From Schmidtea nova (Eukaryota): a stretch of 64,000 nucleotides of DNA. A program made the translations under genes and the position numbers. The stretch covers positions 445,036,001 to 445,100,000 of the forward strand of contig CM097882.1 in assembly GCA_044892505.1 (NCBI GenBank), written 5' to 3'. The notes beneath the pieces are model-generated. The model saw nothing but the letters and a program-made list of their open reading frames with translations, made no database searches and was not told where the DNA came from. Below, one piece after another: positions 1 to 13,900 of the stretch. How positions within the stretch are numbered: position 1 is the stretch's first letter; every line of letters starts with the position of its first letter.

Positions 1-199
1 CATTTTGAGTAATTTTCACAATTTCAAACGATATAAAATATCTTAACAATTTAAAAAGTATAATAATTTGGGTAATTGTTATCTTTAGACTCATAAATTT
101 CCCTAAAAACAAACACGTAAATTAATTAAAATTTGTTTGTATGTTTATTTATTTATAGAGTATGAGTAAAGGTCACTTTTTCGTTAAATTAGAATTACA

Positions 200-470
200 G
201 ACATGCCTGGTGGATATTCTTCTGCACCAACTTTGATTGTGCCAGAAGAAGATATTTTAAGTCATGAAGCTATTCAGAATGAAGTATGGACAACACTTAC
301 CATCGTCCTTTGATCGCTAAACCACTTCAATGGATCAAATGGATCGCCCTTTATAGACTAAAATATCGGAAAAGTGAAGAATATTCTAATACAGTTGGAC
401 TATCAATATTAAAAAGTATGATTCGCATTCAGTGTCAAACAAAACATGAAGAAGTCAAGAAAGGCAAAAG

Positions 471-521
<51 letters not shown>

Positions 522-1450
522 TATCCAAAGAAAAGAAGCTATGGAAAAAAGTATTGGAGCAACAGCAGAAGGACATTAGGTTTTGAGAGTTAGGAGATTT
601 ATTGGGAAATGGATGCGCACAGGAAAAAAAGAATAGTTTCTTATTTAACGTAAGAATACACAAGTTGATGGAGGATTAATAACAGTATAAAGAACAAAAA
701 TATTTTAATGTTAGTTCCAGAAACCTTTACAGGCTTATTAAAAGCAACCCTACATGAAGAACTATGTCATATTCGAGTTAAGAAACTATTCCATTATATA
801 GAAAAGATTTTTTACTGGTCGAAGATGCAATAAACAATTCAACATTGTTTACGATGTTACGATATCGGCTCTAAGAGAAAGATTGATCAGACAAAACCCA
901 AGGAACTATTTATCCCAAGATGTAGCCCTGAATTCCTAGAACTGATTGTTATGGGTGTGGCCTACATGGAGAAAAATACCATTAAAATATATAGTAGTAA
1001 TGGTGGACCAGGTTAAAAATTTTATTTCTTTGACTACAATCACAAAGCAGACAAAGGGACAATTTTCAAGACGATACTTAATTGTTGGATCTATTGAATC
1101 GAAAAACCGAAGAACATTTTAACAGATAGAGGCCGTAATTTCGAAGGAAATTTTCTAAGACAGACTACTGAAACTTGGAATCAAACAAGAATTCAGCCCA
1201 TCTTACCAGCACCAATCCAGTGGATTAGCCGAACGAGCCATATGAACGATAAGAGATATTATTACAGCGGCATTGGCAGGTGGGTGTTAAGAGAAAAACT
1301 AGCATGAACTTTTACCTAGAATAGAGTTCAGTATAAATAGCAGTCTACAGAGTGCTACAGGTTTATTACCATTTGAGATAATTTATGGACGGAGTGTTAA
1401 CCTACATTCAAACCTGAAACAAGCAGAGATATCAAGAAGCGAATGGATGG
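200..1450 (+). pseudogene. Degraded Ty3/gypsy pol fragment (RNase H tail and integrase core)
   Basis: Fragments in shifting frames: NTYHRPL...KYRKSEEYSNTVGLS (RNase H tail), LTDRGRNFE (~1117), SYQHQSSGLAERA (~1201), EFSINSSLQSATGLLPFEIIYG (~1324). Many stops and frameshifts, plus a (TA)n insertion at ~474-520. Confidence 0.7.
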
Positions 1451-1939
1451 AAGACGCGAGTTTTAACTAGAGTAAAGTCGCAGACACTATGAGAGCTATA
1501 GATAAGACAAAGAGACACCCTCATGTTTTTGAGGTGGGGAGGATAAAATCAGATAAAATAAAAAGTATTAAGAATTATTACATATTAATCAATTTTTATT
1601 TGTAAAATGTAACACTATTTAAGTAAATATTACAATTTAAATGTTTAGTTCATTTTCAAACATTTTACATTTTAAAAATAGATATTTTAATTTTCCTACA
1701 GTCTAAATTTATAATAATTTCTCGAATTATTAAATATTTTCCATTTTAACAGTTTCAATATTTTAAAATCTTTTATGAAAATCTTTTGTAAAATAGTTTT
1801 TATTAAAGCAGATAATATAAAACATATTTTTTAACAAAGGAACGCAAGCATAGATATTTTGTTTAAATAACATAGAAAGTTTGAACTTATATAAAACTTA
1901 TATTTTAATATATATTATTTTTCAATTTTCTTATATTTT

Positions 1940-4900
1940 ATGCCACCCCTTTCATCAATTAGAGTTGGCGTGAGAGCACGCCCTTTAGCTTATATTGAAT
2001 TACGTGATGGTTGTCAATCTTGTGTTGGTTTTCCTGGCGGGAATGATATTATAATAGGTGGCACTAAACAGTTTACTTTTGATCATGTTTTTAGTGATCA
2101 AGCCACACAAGAAGAAATTTATAAATGCTCTGTTCGGGATATGATCAATAATTTATTTCTTGGCTATAATGTAACTGTATTGGCATACGGTCAAACCGGT
2201 AGCGGTAAAACATATACTATGGGAACTAATTTTTCTGATATTATTGTCACTCCTGAATCTGGAGTCATTCCGAGAGCTATAAGTGATATTTACGATTATC
2301 TTGATCCATTACGAGACACTGCAAGTGTTTGTGTTAAAGTTTCTTTTATTGAGGTAATTTTGTATTTTAAAATGAATTATTTCTTATTGATATTAGGTAT
2401 ATAATGAAGACATTTTTGATTTATTATCAAACGCTAAAGAAATGCGTCACATTAGGGAAGAAAACCAGGATATTAAAGTAATATTAAATTGTTCAAAATT
2501 AAATTATTTTTAGTTTGGAGATTTTTAATTTGATTACATGATTTCACTAAACTTTGTAATACTTAAAAATAATAAATAAACAAGCATTTTTTTGTTTTTA
2601 GATTCCGAATTTAATAGAAGAAAGTGTTAATTGTGCTCAAGATATTTTTAAATGTCTAATGAGGGGCAGTGATAATAGAGTAGTAGGGAGCACTGCAATG
2701 AATGAAACGTCCAGCAGGAGTCACGCGATATTTACTATCTATATAAATATTCTGCCTTTGCCGGGCGCCAATGAATGTGGAACTTTTGAACCTGTCTCGT
2801 CTAAACTACATTTAGTTGATTTAGCGGGATCTGAAAGGGCTAGTAAAACTTTAGCAACTGGAGATAGATTTAAAGAAGGTGTGAATATTAACAAGGGATT
2901 ATTAGTGTTGGGTAATGTCATAAGTTCATTGGTTGAGAAAGATAAACAGAAAAATAAACATGTACCATATCGGGAATCTAAACTTACACGGTTACTCCAA
3001 GACTCATTAGGTGGTAATACAAAAACTCTCATGCTTGCTTGCATAAGTCCAGCGGATTCGAATTTCGAAGAGACCTCCACAACTCTCAAGTAACGATTTG
3101 ATATTGAAATACAGTTGTTTAGTGTTTTCAGCTATGCTGCCCGCGCTAGACAAATCCAAAATAAACCCATCATTAACAAAGTAGATTCTGCTCAGGGAGA
3201 AATTTATCAACTTCGTGCTCAAGTGACAGCGCTTCAAGCCCAATTGAAGAGTATCGTGGGGAATGGCGTGGAAGCTTTACCAATAAAATCGCAAGCCGTT
3301 TCATCGTCTTATTTCTCGGAAATCTGTGAACTAAAAGCGGAAATTGTTGCCGCTCAGCGACAGAAAATTGATCTACTCGAAGAATTCGACGAGGAGCTCA
3401 CAAAGAAAGACGACTTATTGAGGCGAATTTGGGATAAAATCAATTATTCCGACATCGAAAAAGATGAGGCGTATTTGGAATTGGAGAAACTGATAGCCGA
3501 CATGAATAAATCGGAACATCTGGAAACATCTGAACAAGCCGATATGGCTGATCAATCGACAGAGGAAAACAAAACCGTAAATAAAGAGAAAACGGATTTT
3601 TTGAATTGTTTACGAGAAGAATTGCGCACAAAACAGGCGCATTTGCAGCAAATCGAAAGCACAGATTATGTTCTGTTGCAGCAATACGAAGAGAAAAATC
3701 GTGAATTATTGCAACGGATTAAGGAGTTAGAAGAGGAAAAGTAGGTATTTTTTAATAATTGAATTTAATCCGATTTTTAATTTCACTGACAAAGGAATTG
3801 AGGACAACGCTATAATTTTAATTATTAATAATCCATGTTAATTAATAATATATATATATATATATATAAATTTTGGATGCGCCATTGGGCCCTCTAGGGG
3901 CCGGACACCAATTCACGCTGGGCATGATTAACATGACAAATCGATAAAGACACAAAGCACTGACATATTTAGTATTGTGCTTTTAAAATCATTTTTAATT
4001 CTTTACCAGTCATTTTGGGGTTCTCGAAAACGCTCTTAATCTTACATATTTAATAATTGAAGGGACATTGTCTTTTTAAGCTATTAATATCCGCGCTTTA
4101 TTCTAGTATTTGCCACGAAAAGGAATGTATAAACTGTTATCATTTATATAAAAATGCGTAATTATCCAAGGTTTTGATCGAAAAATAACGATCCAAATGC
4201 CAACCTGATGATAAAGTACAAATATTTCGAGTACATATTACACAATTTAGCCCGCCAGGAATATATTATAATTCATCTGTATTTTAGGAATGGGAAAATC
4301 GGTTATATTCACTGCTGTTTTTCAATTTAGCACATACTAATGGAGACTTCCAAGGAGATATAATGCTATATTTCAACATTTCCTGGATTCATTTTTTTCC
4401 TGTTAAATCTACCGATTTTCGCCTTTCGTGCTTTAATAGTTAACCATTTACGCTCCATAGAATGCAGTCAAATCTGGAAATTATTTACTACCTCATCTTC
4501 ACTCATGTTATTATTAAATGATTTGTCCATAATTCCATTTACCTCATCTTCACATTTAATTTGTAGTAGCATTCCAAAGTTTTCAAGAAAATCTGTACCT
4601 CCTATTAACTTTGGGTTTAAAACGAATTCTACTTTTTTAATTTTACATTTAATATAGTTTTACCGAAAATGTCAATTCGGCTATTTTTCGCGCATCTTAA
4701 TTGTAAATTACATAGAAATATATTCAAATTATGATTTTTTATAAAAATATTGTAATCAATCACTTATTTTAGCTCCTGTATCTAATAGATATACTAATTT
4801 AATATTATTAATCATCATGCATTATTAATCCTTGCATTTTATCGTTTACTATTATATCATTTCATTTACCACGAAATAAGACATTTATTTCATTAGAAGT

Positions 4901-7900
4901 TTTAGGTTCTTTTTTAAAGAGTTCATCCATACAAATTTTCTCTCCCTAGCCCTCTCCTTCTCTCTCCCCTCTCTCTCCCTATCCCTCTCCTTCTCTCTCC
5001 CCTCTCTCTCCCTATCCCTCTCCTTCTCTCTCCCCTCTCTCTCCCTATCCCTCTCCTTCTCTCTCCCCTCTCTCTCCCTATCCCTCTCCTTCTCTCTCCC
5101 TATCCCTCTCCTTCTCTCTCCCTATCCCTCTCCTTCTCTCTCCCCTTCTCTCTCCCCTCTCCTTCGCTCCCTATCCCCCTTCTTTCCCCCTATCCCTCTC
5201 CTTCTCTCTCCCCCTCTCTCCATTTTCCTCTCTCTCCATATTCCTCTCTCCCTCCATCACTCNNNNNNNNNNNNNNNNNNNNNNNNNNNNNNNNNNNNNN
5301 NNNNNNNNNNNNNNNNNNNNNNNNNNNNNNNNNNNNNNNNNNNNNNNNNNNNNNNNNNNNNNNNNNNNNNNNNNNNNNNNNNNNNNNNNNNNNNNNNNNN
5401 NNNNNNNNNNNNNNNNNNNNNNNNNNNNNNNNNNNNNNNNNNNNNNNNNNNNNNNNNNNNNNNNNNNNNNNNNNNNNNNNNNNNNNNNNNNNNTTCAGCC
5501 ATTGGGTCCTCATCACCAAATGCAGGAGTTGATTTGAAGAATTTCCGTCGTCTTTCTGGAAATAAATCATGGCTTTGGAATGTTTGAAATGTTCTCATCT
5601 TTTATGACCTGCATCGTGCACGTCCAACATAGAAAATTTTGATTTGTTCGTCAATGAAATTCCCTGGTATTATAAAGATTACTATTCTATTCATAGATTT
5701 CCATTCGTTTGATATAGGTTGAAGTTCTCTTGTAAATTTCTCTTTGAATCTTGGATTAGATCCTCGTTCTCTATTTTCTCTGTTATCATAACCATTGCTT
5801 GATAAACACTATCAACTTAACTTTATGTTTTATTCATTGCAGTTGCATGACATACGTTACTTTCTTTTGAAACTTGATCGTGTTTCTTCAACTGAAATTT
5901 ATACCTTGCATTTTGAGATCCTTTATAACTTCTTTATCTTCGAGCGAATTTCTTCGAGAAATTTCTTCATCAAGTTTATGCTTCAAAATATTTTTTTCCT
6001 TCTTTCTCAATTTTTGAACAGAATTCATCGCCTGCATCATTTCCTTGACGATAATCTAGATCTTCATTTTGATGGTTGATCAGACTTCTGTTCTTTGCCA
6101 AAGTATTTCTTAATCTTTCTGTACAATGCAGAGTTTCATTTGTCAATTTATATTCCGTTCGTTGTTTCTATATTCATCGACAATATTTGTCATATCAAAG
6201 AATCCATGTCATATGTTTCTGGTGGCTTGATAAAATTAGCAATCGTAGTCGCCATATTAACTACAGAGTTTTATTAAATAAAGAATGAACTTACATGCAA
6301 AAGGGAATTGCATTTTAAAATACAACTGTATTGTCTGTGCGGATTTATGGCGTTTAACAATAACACTTATTCCTAAATCAGGGTAATCTTCACTAAGAAA
6401 ATTGTAAAAACTTCTTAAATTTTTGGTTAACAGTTTTTCGAAAGAACTTATGTATTATCTTATGCATTCAATACTTTTCCAAGTCGGTAATTTTTCTTCT
6501 ATTGTAACTTCTAGCAAAATTACTCCATCTAAGCATTTTTTGAAATTGCGCATTTCATTATGTCGAAGCTTCTGTTATATAAAATAAGATTTTAATCCTA
6601 ACAGAAATAAGTTCATAAAAGTTTAAAGGAGTGTTCAAATTTTCTCGAAATGCATATTCAAAAATTATCTTTTCAAGTTTAAAAATTTTTATTATAGTAA
6701 AATTTCTACACTTCACAAATTTACAGAGACAAAAAATAAAAGTCTTAGAATAAATAATTAATTTAGTGGAACCAAATTCACTATTATCATCAAGACAAAT
6801 GTGTGGGATTTATTTCTCAGCATAACTTCCATTAACACTGATGCACTTTTTCCAACGCTCCACCATTTATTTCGATATATATATATATCATCTCTGCCGT
6901 TAAATACCGTGGAATGGACATGACACATAATTTTCTGATTCCCAATTTATCTAGCATAAGCTGTATTGTTCTGTACTTTTTAATATTCTTATCCTTAGGC
7001 ACATTTTACTTCAATTTAGCAATTTTTTTCCCATAAAAATCTACCTATCTTCCACTTCTTTGACTGTTAAAAAACGCTTTTCTATGGGGCGAAAATTCCC
7101 GAATGTATCTATATATTGTTTCTCATGAATGATCCTTTCCTCCATATGCTTCTTCAATTTTTTAATCATTCCTTTCTTTTCTATCATCTTTAATAGTAAA
7201 AAACCGAAATCTTTATATTTGTCTTTTTTCTAATCGAGCCTTGCCTTTAGTTTCATGAATTTTCTCTGAATATTGACAATGGCGAATGAATCTTTTTGTA
7301 ATCAATAAAAGATTCTGATTTCATTCAAAGGGGATATTGCAAGCAATTTATATCAGTGTTGTCGAAACCTTTTAGTGAAATCAAATAGAACTCACTGTTT
7401 AAATTAATTGAATTATGTAAATATTAATCATAATATAACTCTTTCATAAATCGGGGTTGATTTTTAATGAAGTTTAAGGTTTGATTATACGAATTTATCC
7501 ATCGAACACTTCCTTAGGATTAATTGCAAACTTCAAGTAACATTGAAAGGCCATCTGTATGCATATATTTTAAACTGGGCATTTTTCACTGTAATAAGAC
7601 CAAAACATATTCATAAGATAACCTTGAATAGAGTTAACAAATACTTTCACAGAAACATTTAGTAAATACCTCAAGGTAATTAAAAAAATATGTTTAAAAA
7701 AATATTTATCACAAAGAAAGATTTGCTTCTTCTGGCGTATAGAACTATGACGTCATAGGTCACGAGCGTGTCCAATGAACAAAAAAAGTGTATTTTCCGA
7801 TACTTTTAGTGTTGATCTGAGTGTGTAACTGTCTATTATTTCCTTCAGTAGATACGTGGATATGATCTTTCTTGTCTTCTTGGCTGAAACTAATAACTCT

Positions 7901-10900
7901 ACAAATATACACTGCCCTTGTTTAAATTGGTAAGCATAAATTTAGCGAAAATCCTATTTTTACACATTTAATTAGTAAAAGTAAATACAGTAGATACCGC
8001 TTAAAGAGAACATTTTTGGGACTTGAAAAAATGTTCTCTATAACCGATACTTTTTAATAAGGATAATTTTAAAAATATTCAAAAAATTTTACTAACTAAC
8101 ACATTTATTTTTTTAAAATAAACTCAGTTATTTTCCGTTGCCTGGTTTTTTTCTTGAGTAAAATCTTCTCCAAATCTGATTCAATTGCTATTAAACTTTC
8201 TTGTATATGGCCAGTTTTATCCTGATTTGAATAAAAAAGAACTACTTGTTGCATGCACTCAAATGCTTTATGAATGTTGGGAAGCTCAACACATTGATTG
8301 TTATCTGACGTATCAGATAGCGACAAATTTAATTCTACTTCCTGTTCAGTGACATTTTCTGTTACTAAATTTTCTTCAGCATTAACAAAATCAGTAAACG
8401 AGTGTTGCTTTTCAAAATATTCCTCTATATCAGATGAAAATTTTTCATTTATTGCCATTCCTTCAACCACTTCGCCGAAACCAGCATGCCTAAAACAATT
8501 TTTTATAGTATTACAGCTAACTTTTGACCAAGCCGTTTTAGCCATACTAATTGCATCAAGAATACTTACTTTAAATTTTTCTTCTGGATAAGAATCATAA
8601 AAATGAATCATTTTTGTAACAATTCCTTTTTTATAATACTGCTTAAAAGCATTGATAACCCCGGCATCTAAAGGCTGTAACTTACTTGTGGTATTTGGAG
8701 GCATAAAAATTAGATCAATATTTGTTAAAGATTGACCTAACGGAGGATGGGAAGAACAATTATCTACTAATAAAATAATATTTCTTCCAATACTTCTTAA
8801 TTTAGAATCCCATGACACAATCCAATTTGAAAAAAGTATTGACGTCATCCATGCATTCTGATTGTTTTTATAATTTAGGGAAGTAATATCAACATTTTTA
8901 AAACATCGGGGATTTTTTGATTTTCCAATTATTAATGGAGGCAAAAAAAGTTATCCTATCCTTAGATAACTGATCTCCAACGCACCTTTCTCCTTTAACC
9001 TTAATTGTTTTATTTGGTAAAAGCCTGTAAAATAATCCCGTTTCGTCTGCATTAAAAATATCTTTGTTACCATAACCTTTCCTAATTTCCGGCCACTCAT
9101 TTTTAAGCTACGACGCCACCAACTCATTATTTACATCACCAGCTTCTCCAGAAATAGATCCGAAAACAAGAGAATGCCGAGTTTTAAAACGTTGGATCCA
9201 ACTCATTGTGCAAGTAAAATCTTGAATCTTTAGGTATTTGGCAATTTGATCAGCTTTTTCAATAAGTAATACACTGTTAATGGGAATCTTTTTGGATCGT
9301 TGCAGCAAATACCAATCCCTTAACTGAATATCTAAATCATCATAAAAAGATTGTTTCAGTTTCTTGGTTGATGAAGGCCTGGAACTGTAGGCCTCAAGTA
9401 TTTCTTCCCTTTTCTTGTGACAAATGTTTGATATTGATGAAGGTGATATTTTATATTTTCTGGCCAATGATGCTTGGCTTTCTCCTTTCTCAAAAAGTGC
9501 TATGATTTCAAATTTCTGTTTGAGTGTTAGAATTGTCCTAGAACTTGATTTCATTATGGCCTAAAATTTTTAAGTAAAATAATATTTTCAATTAATCAAA
9601 TAACCTTTAATCAGGTTACCATTTAATCAATTACCTTTTTAAAACAAAAATAATTAAATTATATGTTTACTGTCTAAAATAAACTGTATTTCGAAAAAAA
9701 TAAACCCAAAATAAAAAAATGTTCTCTTTAACCGATCATCGGTTAAAGAGAACATTTACACTGAAAAATTGGGGTAAATGCCGTTTTTAAACCAAAAAAT
9801 TCTCTTAACCCAATTTTGTTCTCTTTAAGCAAGTTCTCTATAAGCGAAATCAACAATATATCTAAAGAAATGGAGAAAAATAATCTTTAATCAATATCAT
9901 CTGATTTCTCTTGGGATTTCACATTTGATCACTTTTAATTCAATAATTTCCATATTAATTTATAAATTATTATCGAAATTATTGAATTAAATCCTCACGA
10001 TATTTTGGTTATAATATCAATTAGTGTAAAACTTAGACATGTGCATAAACTGCATTATTTTTGCATCAACTTTAAATATATAGAAATTATATCAAATTAT
10101 GTGAAAGAAAATAAAAGTCAATCTTTAGAATGCGTAATAACTCAAAAAATCGACAAGACGATTTAGAAGTTCGACTGAAAGAAGCTAGAAAGCAACTAAA
10201 CGAATTGAATATTTTAAAGAAAGAAAAAGAGCATTCGCATAACGAAGTGAAACAATTAAAAATGAAAATCGATGAGTTGAAAAGATCGATTTGTAAAGTC
10301 ACCAAAGAATTAGATAAGGAAAAAAGCAATTTTCGAAAGATTGCTGCAGAAAAAGATAAACAATTCAAAAATTTAATGAATAAGGATAGAATATTAAAAA
10401 CTCAGATGGAGAAACAAGCTGTACAGCACGCGAAGGAAACTGCGGTACTTCGTCGTAAGGTTGAAAGTTGTATGGCTGAAGGAAAGCGATTAAAGGACAA
10501 ATTGGATTGTAAAAAAGATTTTGCTGCCCAACGAGTAAATCGAGTCAATAATAAGTTTGTTGATCTTGATCGGTTAACTATATTTAATTTCCGGAAAATA
10601 GAAATATCTGTGGACAAGTCAAACATTGGATACGACAGAATCTCGAACAGGCAGCAGAACGATGTGAAACCAGGCAGCGTTTCAATTTATTAATCGAAGA
10701 ACGACGGAAATTGAGTGAACAATTAGATAATTTCACTGAGGTCGACAGCGAAGAGAAATATCAGCTACAAATGGAAATCAAGCGATTGAATGAATGCATT
10801 TCCCATTTGCAACAAGTCGAATTGACAGAGGGAATAGACGATATACAGGTCCAAGCATGCTGGAATCAATTGCGAAATATCAATGAATGTCGAATCGCTA

Positions 10901-13900
10901 TTAGATTCATGTTCAAGCAATTGGTCCATGAACGCGTCAACCATGTTATGGCCTTATCGGAACTCCAGCAAGAACGTGAGCTCGTTGAAACTCTACAGAA
11001 AACCAATGAAAAACTCGAAGGCGAGTTGGAAACTATTAGAACTGACAATGAGAAAACGTTAAATCAAAAGCTGAAAAAACGTCGAACATCGTCATCATGG
11101 GTAAGAGCCGTTCTGGCATTTTTATCGATTATGAAATAACCATCTCATTTTCAGGAACCTGAAAGGGAAAGACAGTCAAAACGACTGGTAAATATTTTTA
11201 TTTCATTATTATTATCATAATAATATGATTTGTAGCTGTCGATGTTTACAATTTACTCGGTGGATAATTTTTATATTATTATTATTATTATTATTAAGCC
11301 ATTTCAGCTGACATTTCCGTTTGCAGTTTTATGCTTTCGATGATTACTATTTTCTAATATAATAGCTATGCTCATGCTGGGTTATCTGGGAGTTGATGCA
11401 TTCCACATTTATATGGATTTGCGGGGGAGGGGCTTCTTTATAATATGCTAAAATGATCCGCATTAAAAAGATTAAAAATCAAAATTAACCAATTTAACCC
11501 TTTAACCACTGTCGGGACATAAATGTCCCAGTCAAATTAAAAAAAAACATAGATGCCTTACTCTCTGTGCTATTACAACCAACGCTTGTCCCACTCATGT
11601 TTATAGTATTTTCGACTAGTTTCGTCTATACTCGTTAATATACGTTCGGCCGGCTAGCAAACGTAACATTTTATTTCATTCGTTGTCACAGTTTACAGCA
11701 TGTGCTTTGTGAAATTCGTCGTTAAACGGTTAAAATAATAAAATAGCCATGGAAAAACAGCAATTTAACCCCTTTACTGCGGAGAAACGAGTGTCTCGTC
11801 ATGAAAGTTTTATTATAAAAAATGCTTTGTTTTAACAAAATTACATTACCAGATTATCCTGTCGCAAACAGCTTTCTATATGGTCGCAGCGAAGGGGTTA
11901 AAAGCAATTACATTTTTTAATTTAACATTATTAATAGTTGCATATTTATTTTTATTGGTAATTTATTAATATTTTTATTTATTAAGCCCATTCTCGATTA
12001 GTTCTTTTTGTTTTTATTCTTTTTCGATTGGCTCTATTTGCTTTTTACTCTTTTTGGCTTTACCATTTTTGTCTCTTTGGATTGGTTCATCTTGCCCTTG
12101 ACTCTTTTAGAATTGGTTCTTTTTGTTTTTAATTGGCTCTTTCCCTAATGGTCTTTTTTATTATTTTTTGGTTCTTTTTGCTTTGACTATTTTTAGAATT
12201 GATTGATTTTGTCTTTTTTAATTGGCTCTTTTCCGAATGGTCCTTTTCTACTCTGCTTTTTATCCTTTTTGGCTAATTGATCCCTTTTGTTTTTGACTTA
12301 ATTAAGATTTTTTCTATTAGCTTTTTGTTTTTTGCTTTTCCGATTGATCCTTTTGGTTTTTGACTTTTCTAGAATTGCTTCATTTCGCTTTGACTTTTTT
12401 TGGTTGGTCCTTTTTCAATTGGCTATTTCCGAAATTGTCCTTTTTTCACTTTGTGCCGTAGGTTTTTCGAAGTTGTGCTTTTTGGTTTCAATTTTTATTA
12501 AATGTAAAATAATATTTTTAATATAATAATTGCTAAGTGCGATCTATATATATATATATATATATATATAATTATATATATTCCATAATTCTCATAATGG
12601 ATGACTATAGATCAAAATTTCTTTAAATAGATAAATAAAAAAATTTCTTTAAATGTGTACATATTTAAAGAAATTTTGATCTAAAGTCATCCATTATGGG
12701 AATTATTAATATTAAAAAAGATCAAAAAATGTGAAACAAAAGATAATTATGATTATATATAATATTATACTTATACTACTTATTTTTAATAGTAGTATAT
12801 TAATAATTAAAATTACTTATAATTATTCCTGCAAAAATTATTTTATTAAGTGTGAAAATTATTTTTGTAGCAAAGGCTTATTTTGTTACTTATTTAATTC
12901 TTAATGCTGCCAGGGAATCACTATTTTATACTCAATTATATATCTATATATATATATATATATATCAAAATATCAATAATTCTCGTACAAACGACTCTAG
13001 ATCAAAATTTCTTTTAACCCCTTTACCGGTATATATTCCATAATTCTCATAATGGATGACTATAGATCAAAATTTCTTTAAATAGATAAATAAATAAATT
13101 TCTTTAAATGTGTACATATTTAAAGAAATTTTGATCTAAAGTCATCCATTATGGGAATTATTAATATTAAAAAAGATCAAAAAATGTGAAACAAAAGATA
13201 ATTATGATTATATATAATATTATACTTATACTACTTATTTTTAATAGTAGTATATTAATAATTAAAATTACTTATAATTATTCCTGCAAAAATTATTTTA
13301 TTAAGTGTGAAAATTATTTTTGTAGCAAAGGCTTATTTTGTTACTTATTTAATTCTTAATGCTGCCAGGGAATCACTATTTTATACTCAATTATATATCT
13401 ATATATATATATATATATATATCAAAATATCAATAATTCTCGTACAAACGACTCTAGATCAAAATTTCTTTTAACCCCTTTACCGGTAGACCCTAGTAAT
13501 TCGTCAAGCCGAAACCGGTAGACCCGAGTTATTTGTTATATGTTTTTTTTGTTATAAGTTAGTTAACTGTTATTAGTTGTTCGTTATTGTTGATAACAAT
13601 GATTGAAAAAAATTTAAAAATTAAATTTTTTTAAATCGCCAATTAAGGGTCGATTTCAAAAAAAAGTTGACGGTAAAGGTGTTAATAAGTAAATCAATAA
13701 ATTTCTTTAAATGTGTAATTATTTAAAGAAATTTTGATCTATAATCATCCATTATGGGAATTAATGATATTAATATTAAAAAAGATTAAAAAAAGGTGAA
13801 ACAAAAAGATAATTATGATTATATATATATATATATATATATAATTATACTACTTATTTTGAATAGTAGTATATTAATAACTAAAATTATTAATAATTAC

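Noticed and set aside
286-663. ORFs with YIYIYI runs (also 12852-13043 and the end of 21190-21621)
   Set aside because: Translations of (TA)n microsatellites.
5190-5598. ORFs spanning N gaps (also 29424-29675 and 36546-36750)
   Set aside because: Artefacts of ambiguous bases.
6860-7340. Possible LINE RT remnant on - (KYRTIQL, GNFRPI)
   Set aside because: Only two short motif-like hits amid stops; not enough to call.
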